A DNA stretch of 64,000 bases from Lama guanicoe (taxonomy: Eukaryota). The stretch spans positions 7,537,367 through 7,601,366 of the forward strand of contig MU054220.1 in NCBI GenBank assembly GCA_013239625.1. The letters run 5' to 3'. The position numbers and the translations under genes are program-made. Below the pieces are notes generated by a model. The model was given only the letters and a program-made list of their open reading frames with translations. It ran no database searches and had not been told where the DNA came from. Of the stretch, positions 49,971 through 61,925 are shown in pieces. Position 1 is the stretch's first letter. Each line of letters begins with the position of its first letter.

Positions 49971-51029
49971 TGAGTTTCACTCAGCATTGTGCATATACGT
50001 TCAATGAATCTTAGTTCCCATTTTGATTGTGCAGACTTCAGACATCCCATATTGCCTTTCATTCTTGGTTTTGATTATTTTATTGCTCTTTTAGATGCTT
50101 CAGAGAATAGATTTTCAAATGTGCCTTTTCTTTAACCTTTTTCCAGGGTGTAACTTTTTTCTTTCATTCCTATTTTTCTTCTCCTAATTATTATTATTGT
50201 TATTTTTTTAAAATTTAGCTTGAGCTTTTTGTTTTCCTTTTGGGTTAGGGCATCCCGAGAGCATCTCAGGTTGCTCATTATAAGGTATAATGCACACTGT
50301 GTAGGAGCCAAAACTTTTGTCCTGTTAGAGCTTTTTAACAACCAACACAATGGAATTATTTGGTCCCATGTCCTTCAAATGTTTCCAACAAATATCACAA
50401 ACAAAAACTACACTTTTTTTTCATACACAGTTTTCTCCTTTTTTCATTCAGAGATGTGTGGTTATGGACACATTCTGTCCTGTTCTTAGGATGTATGCTA
50501 CTTAAAAAAAAATGGCCAGAGGAACAGCTTTTAGATTTCAAAAGCAAGAGAAATCATTATTAATATCCCTCCATCCTTCTGAAATTTGACCTGCCAGGAT
50601 TTGAAGGATCTTTGAGAAGCCGTTTTGGTTTTGTTTTTTAAATTGGTGTCTTTTCATTGTGTCTGCTTGTCATTGAAAGTATCAGTTTTGTTTGCTTCCT
50701 GCAAAGTGACAGATGGAAAGAAGAGAAACAATGAAATTAATGGAGAGCTACAACATACCTTGGCAATAAAGTAAATCTGTCACCAAGTCATAATTTCATT
50801 GTTCCCTCTGCAGTATGAAGTCTGTCCAACAGACAATGAGTTGTAATCATAACCCTGTGTGTGAAGAATAATAATGGAAAAAACTGCAAGGAAAAAAACT
50901 CTGTTCTCACTGGTAAGTGAGTGACTTCATCTGGATGAAAGGGTCAGGGGCTTGGGAAATATATTTGAATGCTTGCAGATAAAACACAAGCTGCTCAAAT
51001 AGAAATCGAATGCACAGCTGGATCATTTA

Positions 51030-51310
51030 TTTTGATTCAGGTTTTAACCTGGAAGATACTTCCTCAGAGAGACCTCTGAATACCCTAGATAAATTAGCCC
51101 TCTAATTTAAGCGTCACTATGGTATTTCTTCCCATTACAGCACTAAACCTTATATTTGTTTATTTACTTTATTGACACAAGAATATGGATGACACGAGCA
51201 TGACCATTTGGACCCTTGCTAGTTCTGTATCCTCAGGAATCTAGAACACTGCCCACAGTCCTCAGCTGGTAACCAGTAAGCATTCACTGAATAAATAGAT
51301 GAATGAACTC
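51030..51310 (+). mobile_element. L2 3' end
   Basis: acttcctcagagagacct...ctgtatcctcaggaatctagaacactgccc...gaataaatagatgaatgaa tail. Confidence 0.7.
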
Positions 51311-51849
51311 AAATGGGAAAAAAAAATAACCTTAATCTCTGACAATTTTTTAAATTTAAAATTGAGAAAATCAAATATGGCAACTGAAGTATGTTTCTCA
51401 AGATCACACAGAAAAGGCTTTGTGTCTTAATTCCCAAACCACTGTATTTTAGCTTGCAAAAAAATACGTATTTCTAACACTTAGGTAGACAGAAAATGTG
51501 CAAATTGAAATACTGTCCTCTTTTCACAGACACTGAGCACGTTGACTGTGGGAAGTTTGCCCAAAAAAGAGGCAGTGGTCCTTTCATTAATTTTTTAAAA
51601 ATTTTCTTTGCACTGAAAAGGGACAGTGAAGTTAGATTAGCTACAAGACTGAGTTTAGGGGAACTAAAGTAGTTAAAAAGAAAGGAGGGAGAGCACTGAT
51701 TAACGGTGATAACAATTACAAAAACAAAACCTCCCTTCCTTCTTCTACTCAGTTGGTACCTGTCCTATGCATCCATTAAAAACGCAACAAAGCAAAGGGA
51801 AAACAAACAAACAAAAAAAGACCAGTCAGCTTTTCCTACCAATCGGTAC

Positions 51850-52070
51850 CTCATCTGCAACGCCAGACCCTTCAGGAGGGCTGCACCTCTTTCTCTCCTT
51901 GCTAGCCAGAATGTTGCTTTGAGAGTCCGTTCCGTGTGGAGTCTATCTTGTCTACCAGATTAGAAACTCACAAAGGACAGGGCAGGCTGGCTTTTATTTA
52001 GTTATTTAGTATTTGCTGCTGCAGGTCTAGAACTACCTTATGTATAAAATACACTCATTGAGCCTCTTGA
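51850..52070 (+). mobile_element. L2 3' end
   Basis: tcttgtctaccagattagaaactcacaaaggacaggg...tctagaactacc. Confidence 0.55.
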
Positions 52071-53339
52071 TTGGCAATAAATCTGTTATCAGTACAAAGT
52101 CAATGCCAACAGAAGGACCCACAGTTTCTCTGATATTTACTGTCCACTATATGGTGAGCTTTCACTACATCATTTACGATCCAGGTACTCGCTGATATTA
52201 AAACATTGTTGTTCCAGGCTAATAATCGTTTCCACACATCTGATTTTCACAGTCATGGATAAGAGTGATAGATTTGTACTCACTCTTGATAACTTTGAAA
52301 AAAAATTTTTTCTTCAAACAATAAGGTATAAGACTAAAAAAATTGGTTGGAAAGTCTCTCTAATCTCAGAGAATAAAGATTTAAAGAAAATGCTAACTTT
52401 CAGGTTTAGTTTGATTTCTTATTTATTAATCCTTAACTGTTAAAATCACTTAATCATTGTAGCTCCAGTGTTACCCTGGACTTCGGTAGATCGCGTCTTT
52501 TTAACTGGCCTTGAATTTTTAACTTGCAGCCCAAGTTTTCCTAAGATATGAGGATGATTTTAATGTTTTGATGTATTAAGCCATGAGTTTGTTCCCTCTG
52601 GAATACGTGGGGAATTTAACAACTGATCATGTGAAGGGGGTCATTTTACATAATACATAACTCATTTTCTTAATTAGTGTGCAAGAAGCAAGTTCTCTTT
52701 GGTTCACTGCTCCTGACTTACTGCAACTCCCTTGATACAGAAACCAGGCTGCTTGTGTGGCATCCTGAGACTTCTCTTTCCAGGGACAACCATTAATAGT
52801 ACCTTTTTATTCTAACCTAATCACAGCCCCTCGGTTTCATTACCAACTTATCGCAAGCTAACCATCATGCTTTATTTTTACCCACCAATCGTTTAGGCAG
52901 ATATTGTTTTAAATGATATTTATAATCAATTATCACCATAAAAAACAACCTAAATTCACTACATGAAAGTATTTTTGAAAGAAATTTGTGCTAAATATAT
53001 ATATATATATTTATTTATAGTTTTAGCTACATATCAGTTTATACCAAAACAGAATGATTAAACACAATTAAAAGAGTAACAGCAATAATCAGGAGGAATT
53101 CACAAAGAAACGCAAAATAGTTTTACCACTGTACCCTAAAGAAGGAAGCGTTTGGGTCAGAGACCACATTTGCCTTTGCTCTACCGTTGAAGTACTCTGT
53201 GCATTTGCGGTGGTTACTTACAAAGTCCCTGCAGGAAGCAACTATCTTTACCTTCCCAGAATCCCTCACCTCATTTTTCTGCTTGGAGGACCCCGGTTTT
53301 CCTCTGGCAATATGCCGAGATTGGGGCCAAGCACACCAG

Positions 53340-53722
53340 GACGGTGCTCATGAACAAAGCTCAGCTAGTCACATGTTCTGGAGACCACCTTGGTGGCTGG
53401 TTCTGGAATGTGACCATGAGCTAAGCTGGGTCCACAAGGGCCAGACCTGGCAGTTGGTTTAACTGTCTTACTGCAGTGTCTGCTGAGCTATTAGAATGTC
53501 AATTGAGAGTTGCTGGTACCTATTTGGGGCACCCTGTCTAAAGAGCTTACCTGAGAATAATGCCTACAGGCGAAAGCACAGCACGACAGAGAGACTGATT
53601 CCTGTCGGCATATTTTGGGGCACTTGAATCTTTTCAATGACATGAGTGAAAAAAAATATCTTTTCAGCTAAAGCCATTTTGAACTAGGCTTTGGTTATTT
53701 GTAACTAAAAGACTCCTGACCA
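53340..53722 (+). mobile_element. MaLR LTR (MLT1J-like)
   Basis: agagcttacctgagaataatgcc...gctaaagccattttgaactaggctttggttatttgtaactaaaagactcctgac. Confidence 0.75.
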
Positions 53723-54699
53723 TTCTAAGCTCAATTGATTCAAATTTAAAACATATGGTAATGTGTTTTGAAACTAAAAACATATGGTAATATATTTTGT
53801 TGGTGGAATCATTCTGGTTCATTTCATAGATACAGGAAAATAATTTCAGATATAAAAACAGCATAATGTACTGTCTTTTTTCAAGTTTTTCTTGCTCCAT
53901 ACTGATAATGACACTGTACGTCAGTCACACTGGCCCAGTTTGTGCTGATTATGTTTTCTATCCTCAGTGAGAATGTTTTGTATTGTTTAAGACAACTGTA
54001 TGCTTAAATCTCTTGATAACATTAGGTCAACATCTTGAATAACGTAAAAAGAACAGTGAATTCATTGAAACAAGGAACCTGGGAGCAATTTAATTAAAAG
54101 CATTGGTAAATTTAAAAGATACTTGAAAAAAGAAAGTTGTAAGAGTAAAAAGGAAATTAGAATAAAATAAAGAGGAAAGGAGAATGGTAGCAAAAATCAT
54201 TGTGGTATGGAATGATGGAAACATTAGTGTAAGCAAAGACATATGAAATTGATTCCTTTCAGTAGACTTGGACTTCAGGCCACCGAAGCATATTATTTGG
54301 GACAAAACAATCATGTATGGGTGACATATAACTGACCAGACCAAGTTAACATATATTGCCTCATGTTTAGTACAATAATTAGGTAGATTTTTTTTCCTCA
54401 CTCACTTATAAGTCTGTAAGAGTCTCTAAAACATAGTCAGAGGAAAGAAAGGTGTATGAAATGAGGATCTTAGGGATAGGGGTAGATTTTGGCTGAAGTG
54501 TTCATTATGATTTCTTTCCCAATTTAAATCAGTCTGTGTACAGTTAATATTATGTTTGTGCCAGACACTGTTCTAGGATATTAATATGCAGGAATGTGAA
54601 TACTTGGGTGCAGTTTTAGAACACCCTCATAGTTAGAAGCAGCCACAGGTTAAGAGGACATTAAAATAATTAGAGAAGTGCTTTATATTATATGCAGAA

Positions 54700-56453
54700 C
54701 TACTTAGAAAAGAAATCTATGTCGTAGCCTTAAAAAACAAACACCCACGTCTCCGTGGATTAAGGCAATCAAAGCGTTCACTTTCTTGCTCATGACACAT
54801 ATACAACTTGGGTTAATGGAAGAGAGTAGGGAGCATCTGCATATTATTGTCACAAAGGAAACCAGGCTGTAGAAACTTTATCTGAACATGTGCTTTCTCA
54901 ATCATCAAAGTCATATGAAGGGATACCCTGAAGTGCATGTTGGTTCTTACAGGCTGTAACTCACAGTACGATGTATTACTACTGTTCATGTTGCATTAAA
55001 CTTAACATCTAAAGGTACCTGGAAGGAGAAAAGTGGAAAATATTTTTGAACACCACTCACGGCTACCAATATTCACCATTCTAGTCATCAAATATCTCGT
55101 TCTGTCTCCTTCCCATGAGATGCTCTCTCCCACTTACCAAGGGAGACAAAACAAATTCCATCCAATCTTAGAATCAGCTAGTTCAATCTCCCTAGATGGT
55201 CCACAGTACTCACAATAATAGGGGGTGATGGATAGTATTTCTCCATGTGAATCATCTTAATGGAGAAATTGGTGGACTGAAAAGTTAAATTGAAACCTAT
55301 ACAACCAAAATATACTGTGGAAGAAATAACACCTACATTTACAAAGAAGAATAAAGGGTGACATGGCAGTCACTGATCTCACTGATCTGTATTAGTCTTA
55401 AATCCCGGACAGATGTTTCCAGAGTGGCTTATCCTACTGCAGAGAATAAACTTTTATTTGGGTCCATTTCTTCCTTAGGAGAGGTTCATCCATTCATTCT
55501 TTGTGGCTGTTGGCTCCTCTGAACTCAGATTTATTTTCTTTCTTTCTTTTTTTTTCTTTTTTCCTTTTTCTTTTTCTTTTTTATTTTCTGTTTCCGTAAG
55601 CTACATCTAGAGTGGGCTTTGGAGAAGATGACCTTTTCGAGGGTTAAGCGACTTCCTTACTTAGCTCACTGTGGCATGAATGTTTGGTGACTAAGCTATC
55701 ATCACAATTCTTCTCAGACAGTTACATTCTCTTTTAATCCATACTGGCAGTACTTTAGCAACATAAATCTCTGAGCAGAGTTCAGGTATCTCCATGTGCC
55801 TATAGTCATGCCAACAGTTCTTTTATAGATAAACATTTTAGACTCTGTGTGTCCTATGTGTTCAACACATAACTTTCTACCTGCATTTCTTTTTCTTTCT
55901 CATTTTAGTCCTTTTGGCTTTGGTGGAAGAGCTATATTTAGTTTATTTTTTCTTGAGCTATTTTGTTAGTTGGGATTCAGAAATTACTTTTTCATATCAG
56001 TAAATCCCTCTATTTTTTAATCTCCTCTCTTCTAGTTCTTCTTGCAAATTGACCCATTCTTTTCTGAATTCACGTCATTTATTTAATACCCTACCAATTG
56101 CAAGTGGCAGCAATCACCACATGCTATCAAAGCTCTCTTTCCCAGCATTTTACCTTTGGGCTAAAATTTGTTAAGTACTTCCTTTCAAGTTATTGTAAGT
56201 CAAGGTTTCACTACTAGCCAGTAGACAATATGGACTAGCATCCTTTCAGTCTCCAAAAACTATTCTTCACTGCTTTCTTTCTGCCCCTTAAGCTAGAACC
56301 ATCTATTTTTGGTGTTTATTTTTATTTATTTATTTATTTTGGCAGCTCCTCATCTCCAGTACCAACTTAGATAAATCACTATACATTAGATTATGCTGTA
56401 GTGAAAAGCAATCCAGAGTCTCAGTGGGTCAAATATCAATGGTTTATTTCTCA
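54700..56453 (-). mobile_element. MaLR provirus remnant: LTR (~54700-55070), MLT1-int (~55071-56368), partial LTR (~56375-56453)
   Basis: Both ends share the same LTR terminus (tatg..gtag...gtctc.gtgg...tttct..ctca); internal boundary catctccagtaccaactt resembles the reverse of the MaLR-int start aaattggtaccagg. Confidence 0.7.
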
Positions 56454-56559
56454 GGGAATTTCTGAATTTCTTCTGGAATACTAAACTATTCTGGAAACAA
56501 ACAGAATAATTGACTATTCTGGAAGTAATTTAGAAATATTTGTGCATAGACACACATTT

Positions 56560-57430
56560 ACATATACACCTGGATTCCATATATACTAATAAATTTGAAA
56601 ATGTGGATGAAATACATATGTTTCTAAGAAAGTATAGATTTTATGTTTGAACTAAAAAGAGTTAGAGAGCCTAGCTATGCAAATAATTATAGAAAAATTG
56701 AGACGAACAATTTTATAATTATAATGCTGGGTTTGCAAAGATCCTTCTAAACCTGAATAGCACAAAACATAAAAGCCAAAAGAAAAATACAGTTTAACAA
56801 ACAAATGAGTAGAAGTTTGTAAGGCAAATCTATCATAACCAAAGTTGACAGATATATGAGGAACCAATTCAACTGATCTCTAGACATAAAAAATATGGTC
56901 ATATTAATTAGCATAAACATATGAAATTTTCACCTCTCAGATTAGTGATTGCAATTAAAGTAATTGAAAATATTCTTTGCTAAAAAGGTTGTAGACACAT
57001 AGACATTGCCTTATATAGTATAATATATATGAAAGGTACAAATTTTCTGCAGAGTGATCTGTTTAAACAAGTGGTCTACAAATTTACTATATGGTAGCAA
57101 TTAGGCAAGTGTGAAGCAATGTATGCAAAGAATGTCATTGTAGCAAAAGGCTTATTCATAATAGTACAATTTTGGAATAAATGAAAGAGTAAAAAGCCAA
57201 ATAAACCTAAATGGGTATCAGTAAGTCTTAGCAGATCCATAAAAGTGCATGCAACCATTGAATCTTATTAAATAGAATATATATCTTGCTTTAGAAAGAT
57301 GTACTGATGTGAAGATGCTACAAAAAGCAATTCTGTAGAACATTGTATTAACAATTCTTATTCCTTGGTGGTATGATTAATTATCTTTTTCATCAACTGT
57401 TACATAAATCTCCACTTTTTAAAAAAATTT
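56560..57430 (+). mobile_element. Ancient L1ME fragments
   Basis: taataaatttgaaaatgtggatgaaat...tttctaagaaagtata (ORF2) and tatgcaaagaatgtcattgtagca (3' region). Confidence 0.6.
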
Positions 57431-58499
57431 TTTCCTGAATTTTTAAAAACAAGCACAGCCAAAGCCAATCAATAATATGGAGGGGAAAAGGGTTTTTATT
57501 TATAAATGTGCTGCCCCAGTGCCAAGTAGAAAATAAGAAGCATTAATATTATTGATAAGTGGAAGTGAAATGAACAAATAGGAACACAAAATGTGAATAC
57601 TATGCTGTGAGAGTATTTCGCAAATTCACCCATCCTTACCACCAAAGCTATTGGCAAGATACTAAAGGAATATTATCTTATTTCACTTAAGGCTTAATTT
57701 TTGAGTCAACAATGCCTTTCTTTAATCTAGGATATTTGATTATCTATGGAATGCACTGAATTTTTTAAATTGCTAAATAAGTATGTTTATTATTAAATCA
57801 CAGCATATAGTTCGTGCCTCTGGATGTTGGGCCTTCTTTCCTTTTAACTAGCCCTATGTGATTTTCATTGGAAACAAATGATTGTTCATGCATTCAAAGG
57901 GCAATGAGCAATTAGAACCTAATTGATCCAACTGAGCATCTGATTTCAGCCTTGTGTGAAGAAAATGGTCTCGAAGTAATGTCTTTTCCATCAGCAATTT
58001 CATCTGATTCAGAAGAACATTTTCCCAAACATGAGAGTGGTATTGAGCTGAATGAGAGTTAACTATTATACTCACACTAAAATCTTATCTGTTTCTCAGA
58101 TATTTTAAATATGCATTTGCCATTCTACATAAAATATCGACAAATTAAATAATGATAAGTTATGTTTACATTTTTGGTACATTCCAAATGGTATGCATTT
58201 TCTTATTTTTCATCTCATATATGTCTTTGTAGTTTGGAATTAAATATTTTGATAGGACAGATCTTCTTCACTTCAGAAGATAGTTACTGAGTTTCTGATA
58301 AACTTAGGAAATGCAATGTTGACTAAGGCAATTCTCTTCCATTGATATAGAGGAACAAATAAAAGTTTAATAAGAAATTGTGATAATTAATTGGCAATAA
58401 CTGGGAAAATGGCAGTAGGTCCTAGAAGTAGGGAAGAATCCACATGGACAGGCCATAGCTTTGAAAAGTAAAGAACACTTGAGCAACGTCATGCTACTT

Positions 58500-58715
58500 A
58501 TAAACGACTAGTCATTGACTGTCTTCTAAGTGGCAGATGCTTTACATGAATTATTTCTAATCTTTGTCATATTTAATAGGTATTATCATAATTTTCTTGA
58601 TAAAGGAATAAAAACTTACAGAAGTGAAGAAATTTCCTGAAGCTCATAGCTATTCTGTTAAGAAAGCCAGAGTTTGAACTCGGGAATCTCTCTCTCTAAA
58701 GCCACTGTTTCTCAA
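58500..58715 (-). mobile_element. MIR SINE
   Basis: gctttacatgaattatttctaatc...acagaagtgaagaaatttcctgaagctcatagcta...gagtttgaactcggg. Confidence 0.75.
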
Positions 58716-59452
58716 TCTCCATCCCGCTACACCAAACTGCTTCACTTATAGGACAAAGGAGGGCAAACTCAACGGCCATGTGGCATTTCAGAGAGAGGTA
58801 ACAGTTGCACTAAGTTATCGAAGTGTGAAACCACAATGAAGTTGTCTGGAGTTTGCCACAGGTGCAGGAGAGCCGAAGAAATAGGGCTTGGAAACTTCCA
58901 TAGGGATGAAAACATAGAGGGAATGGTGGATACTAAGAGGTTTGGAATTTTTCCCTCAGTAATGAGGAACTATTGAATAAGTTAAACAAGGGAATAACTT
59001 TGAGCATTGGAAAGCTCATAAATTAGAGAGAGTTCCTGGTGCAATCTTTGAGGAACTCACCTGATGAGCTAATATTAAGAAGGATAACATGGAATAAATA
59101 GGAAGAATCAAAAGTATTAAGATGATGTATGAGGAAAGAGGGAAGTTAACAAAGGTACAATGAAAAGTGGGGGGAAAACATGAAACTCGCCTTAGACCAA
59201 CGTCGAGTAATCACTAATGTGTCATTTGGGTACACTGACGTTCAGAAAGGTCTGCCATTATTTTCATTTAAACACAAATTTTCCAGTTGTATAAAGTCCA
59301 CTTGAATTAAATGGAATGATAAACTTATCTGTGGTTCAAAAATACATTGTGCTAAATGCAGATAAAAAATTAAAGAGGATATATGAGTGTCAATTGCGCT
59401 ATGTTTTCTCCAAACCTCTATCTGTTCTACTCTAGCCAAAAGTGTCCTTCCT

Positions 59453-59455
<3 letters not shown>

Positions 59456-59489
<34 letters not shown>
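59456..59489. repeat. (TA)n microsatellite
   Basis: Perfect run of about 17 AT units. Confidence 0.95.
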
Positions 59490-59491
<2 letters not shown>

Positions 59492-59873
59492 ACTGGTTGG
59501 ATTCTATTATTCAAAACCATGAAGCACACATTGAATAGGCAGAATCTGCTAGGGATGGGGAATCATAGCTGCATAAGAAATATAACCCTCTTTGAAAGAT
59601 TTCACATCCTCACAGAGCATCAGACTTATGAGCAAATTACAGTATAAAGCACTGATCGAAGTAATAGATAAGAGAGACTAGTAGAATAGTGTAAGTAGTA
59701 GTTTGCACTGTCTGGAGCAACAAAGAGGCTACAGAGAAGAGAAGACACTTGTTTTGAAGAATATGTTTTGAAGAATGTGCAGGAACCAAGGAATGGAAGG
59801 TCCCTGCATGGCCTCCATACTAGAGGAGGTCTTCATCCTCCTCCACCTTTTCCTAACCAAGGTTTTTAATTAA

Positions 59874-59940
59874 AATATATATATATATATATATTTAAAT
59901 AAATAAATAAATAAATATATACAGACATATATATTTATAT
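59874..59940. repeat. Compound (TA)n/(TAAA)n microsatellite
   Basis: Directly visible. Confidence 0.85.
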
Positions 59941-60329
59941 CTCATCTTTTTCTGAACTTCAGTTCACAGGCTCGGCCACTGCTTTCTGGAGTCTGTATTT
60001 ACTTCTGTGCTGTAATAGTTCTTTATATGGTCAGCATTGATCACCTGATTAGAAACATGTTGATTCTTGCCCTTTTTTTAACCTTTGACCCCTCTTTGAC
60101 ATTTGGTGTTGTTTATTGCTCTTTGTCTCTCTTTTCCCTTGGTTTCTATTGCCCTTCTATTTTGTGGTTCTTTATTTTTCTGACGACTTTTTGTTTTTCC
60201 ACTGAATTATGAACTTAATTCTGTAAAAATAACTCTTCCACACTGATCAGTTTTTAACCTTTCTTTTCTTTCTTAATTAAGGACAATAATCAATTACAAG
60301 TCATTCGTAAATTGTGAATCCTTTAGTTC

Positions 60330-61700
60330 ATAACTATAATAAATAGATAAAGAAAGAAATGGTAGAGGAGGGAGGGCTCTTGCTTACAGTAGAATGTCAA
60401 ATGCAAACTGGTAAATTTGGAGAGGGTGGTAGATTTCACTTCCAAGCATCATTCAAAGATTGGTTCAGTCAAGAACCATCAATGGATGTTAAATTTAGGA
60501 GAGAGGAGGTTTGATAAGAAGCATGATATTTGCAAGGTTTTAAAGTATTTTCCTATAAACTTTTTATTAGTAGCAAGAAAAAAAAAACAGTAACAATATA
60601 GTGGAAGGCCAGACATTTTGATTGGGTGATTAAAATCAACATAAAAAAATAAAAGGCAAGCCCCATGAGAAAAACCCAAATTGGGGGATGTTCTGCAACA
60701 TAGTTGACTGGCACTCTTTAAAATGGTCCAAGTCATGAAAAGCTAGGAAAGACTGAGAAGCTGACACTACTCAGTACAGATTAAGGTGACATGGTGACTA
60801 AATTGATTGTACCATCTTCGTCTGGCTCCTTGGAACAGAAAAGACGTTAGTGGAAAATCTGGTGAAATTCAAAAGAATCTGCAGTTAATGTAGTAGTAAA
60901 TAACAGACGTTACTTAGTTCTGGGGGAAGAGGATATGGAGACTCTCTGTACTATCTCTGAAATCTTTCTGTAACTCTAGAATGATTCCAGATTAAAAGTT
61001 GATTAAGAATAGAGGAGGAGGAGGAGGGCAGGTAGACTTTGTGTGCCTTCAGCTGTGGCAGCCTGAGGACACAATATCACTTACATAGTTTTCCAGCTGG
61101 GAACACCTAACCTGAACTAACTGTAAAGAAACATCAGACACAAAATGAACAGCACTTTTTATTAAGAAAAAACATTGCACTATTCAGAGCAGTCTGACAG
61201 ATTCAAAACTGTCTGTGTCACAAAAGACAAAGAAATGCTGAGAGAGTATTCGAGATTAAAGGAGATTAATAGGCATAGCAACTAAATGCAATATGGGCTC
61301 TTAGATTGGCTTCTGTATTGGAAGGAAAACAGTTCTATAAAGGGTATTAGTGGTTCAACTGAAAAAAAAAAAGAAATATGGATGATAGACTAGGAAAATA
61401 CATTGTACCATGTTTAAATTTAATTAAGATGACAACTGTGCTGTATTTATGTACAAGAATATCCTATTCTAAGGAAATACACACTGAAGTATTTAGAGGT
61501 AAAGGGACATGATGTATATCTCAAACTCAATTCTTCAGAAAAAATAAATATTATGTGAATATACATACATGTATACATATGAAAGAGAGAGAGAGAAAGA
61601 AAATGGGGGCGCATATTGGTAAATGTTGTATCTGGATAAAAACACATGAATGTTCTTTTTACATTTCTTGTAACTCTTTTATATGTTGGAAAATTTCTAG
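60330..61700 (+). mobile_element. L1MC-type 3' region with a second L1M 3' end nested at ~60660-61005
   Basis: aagaatatcctattctaaggaaatacacactgaagtatttagaggtaaagggacatgatgtat; the nested piece ends gactctctgtactatctctgaaatctttctgtaactcta...taaaagtt. Confidence 0.8.
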
Positions 61701-61789
61701 CATTTATACCTTTTAGAAAGGGACAAGTTTCTTCTAAGGAAGGCACCACAACTAATACTTGAAGTAGAGTGATTATTGTAATAAAGTTT

Positions 61790-61925
61790 TTAAGCTGGAA
61801 GGAGCTCCCTAAAGCTTAAATAACATATTTTTCTTGTTTGCATTTCCAGAGCTTTGAATGGTGTTTGGGAAATAAAAGATGTTCAAAATTGACCCACTGA
61901 AGAAATGAATAGATGAATGAATGCT
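61790..61925 (+). mobile_element. L2 3' end
   Basis: ttccagagctttgaatggtgtttgg...aaatgaatagatgaatgaatg tail. Confidence 0.55.
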
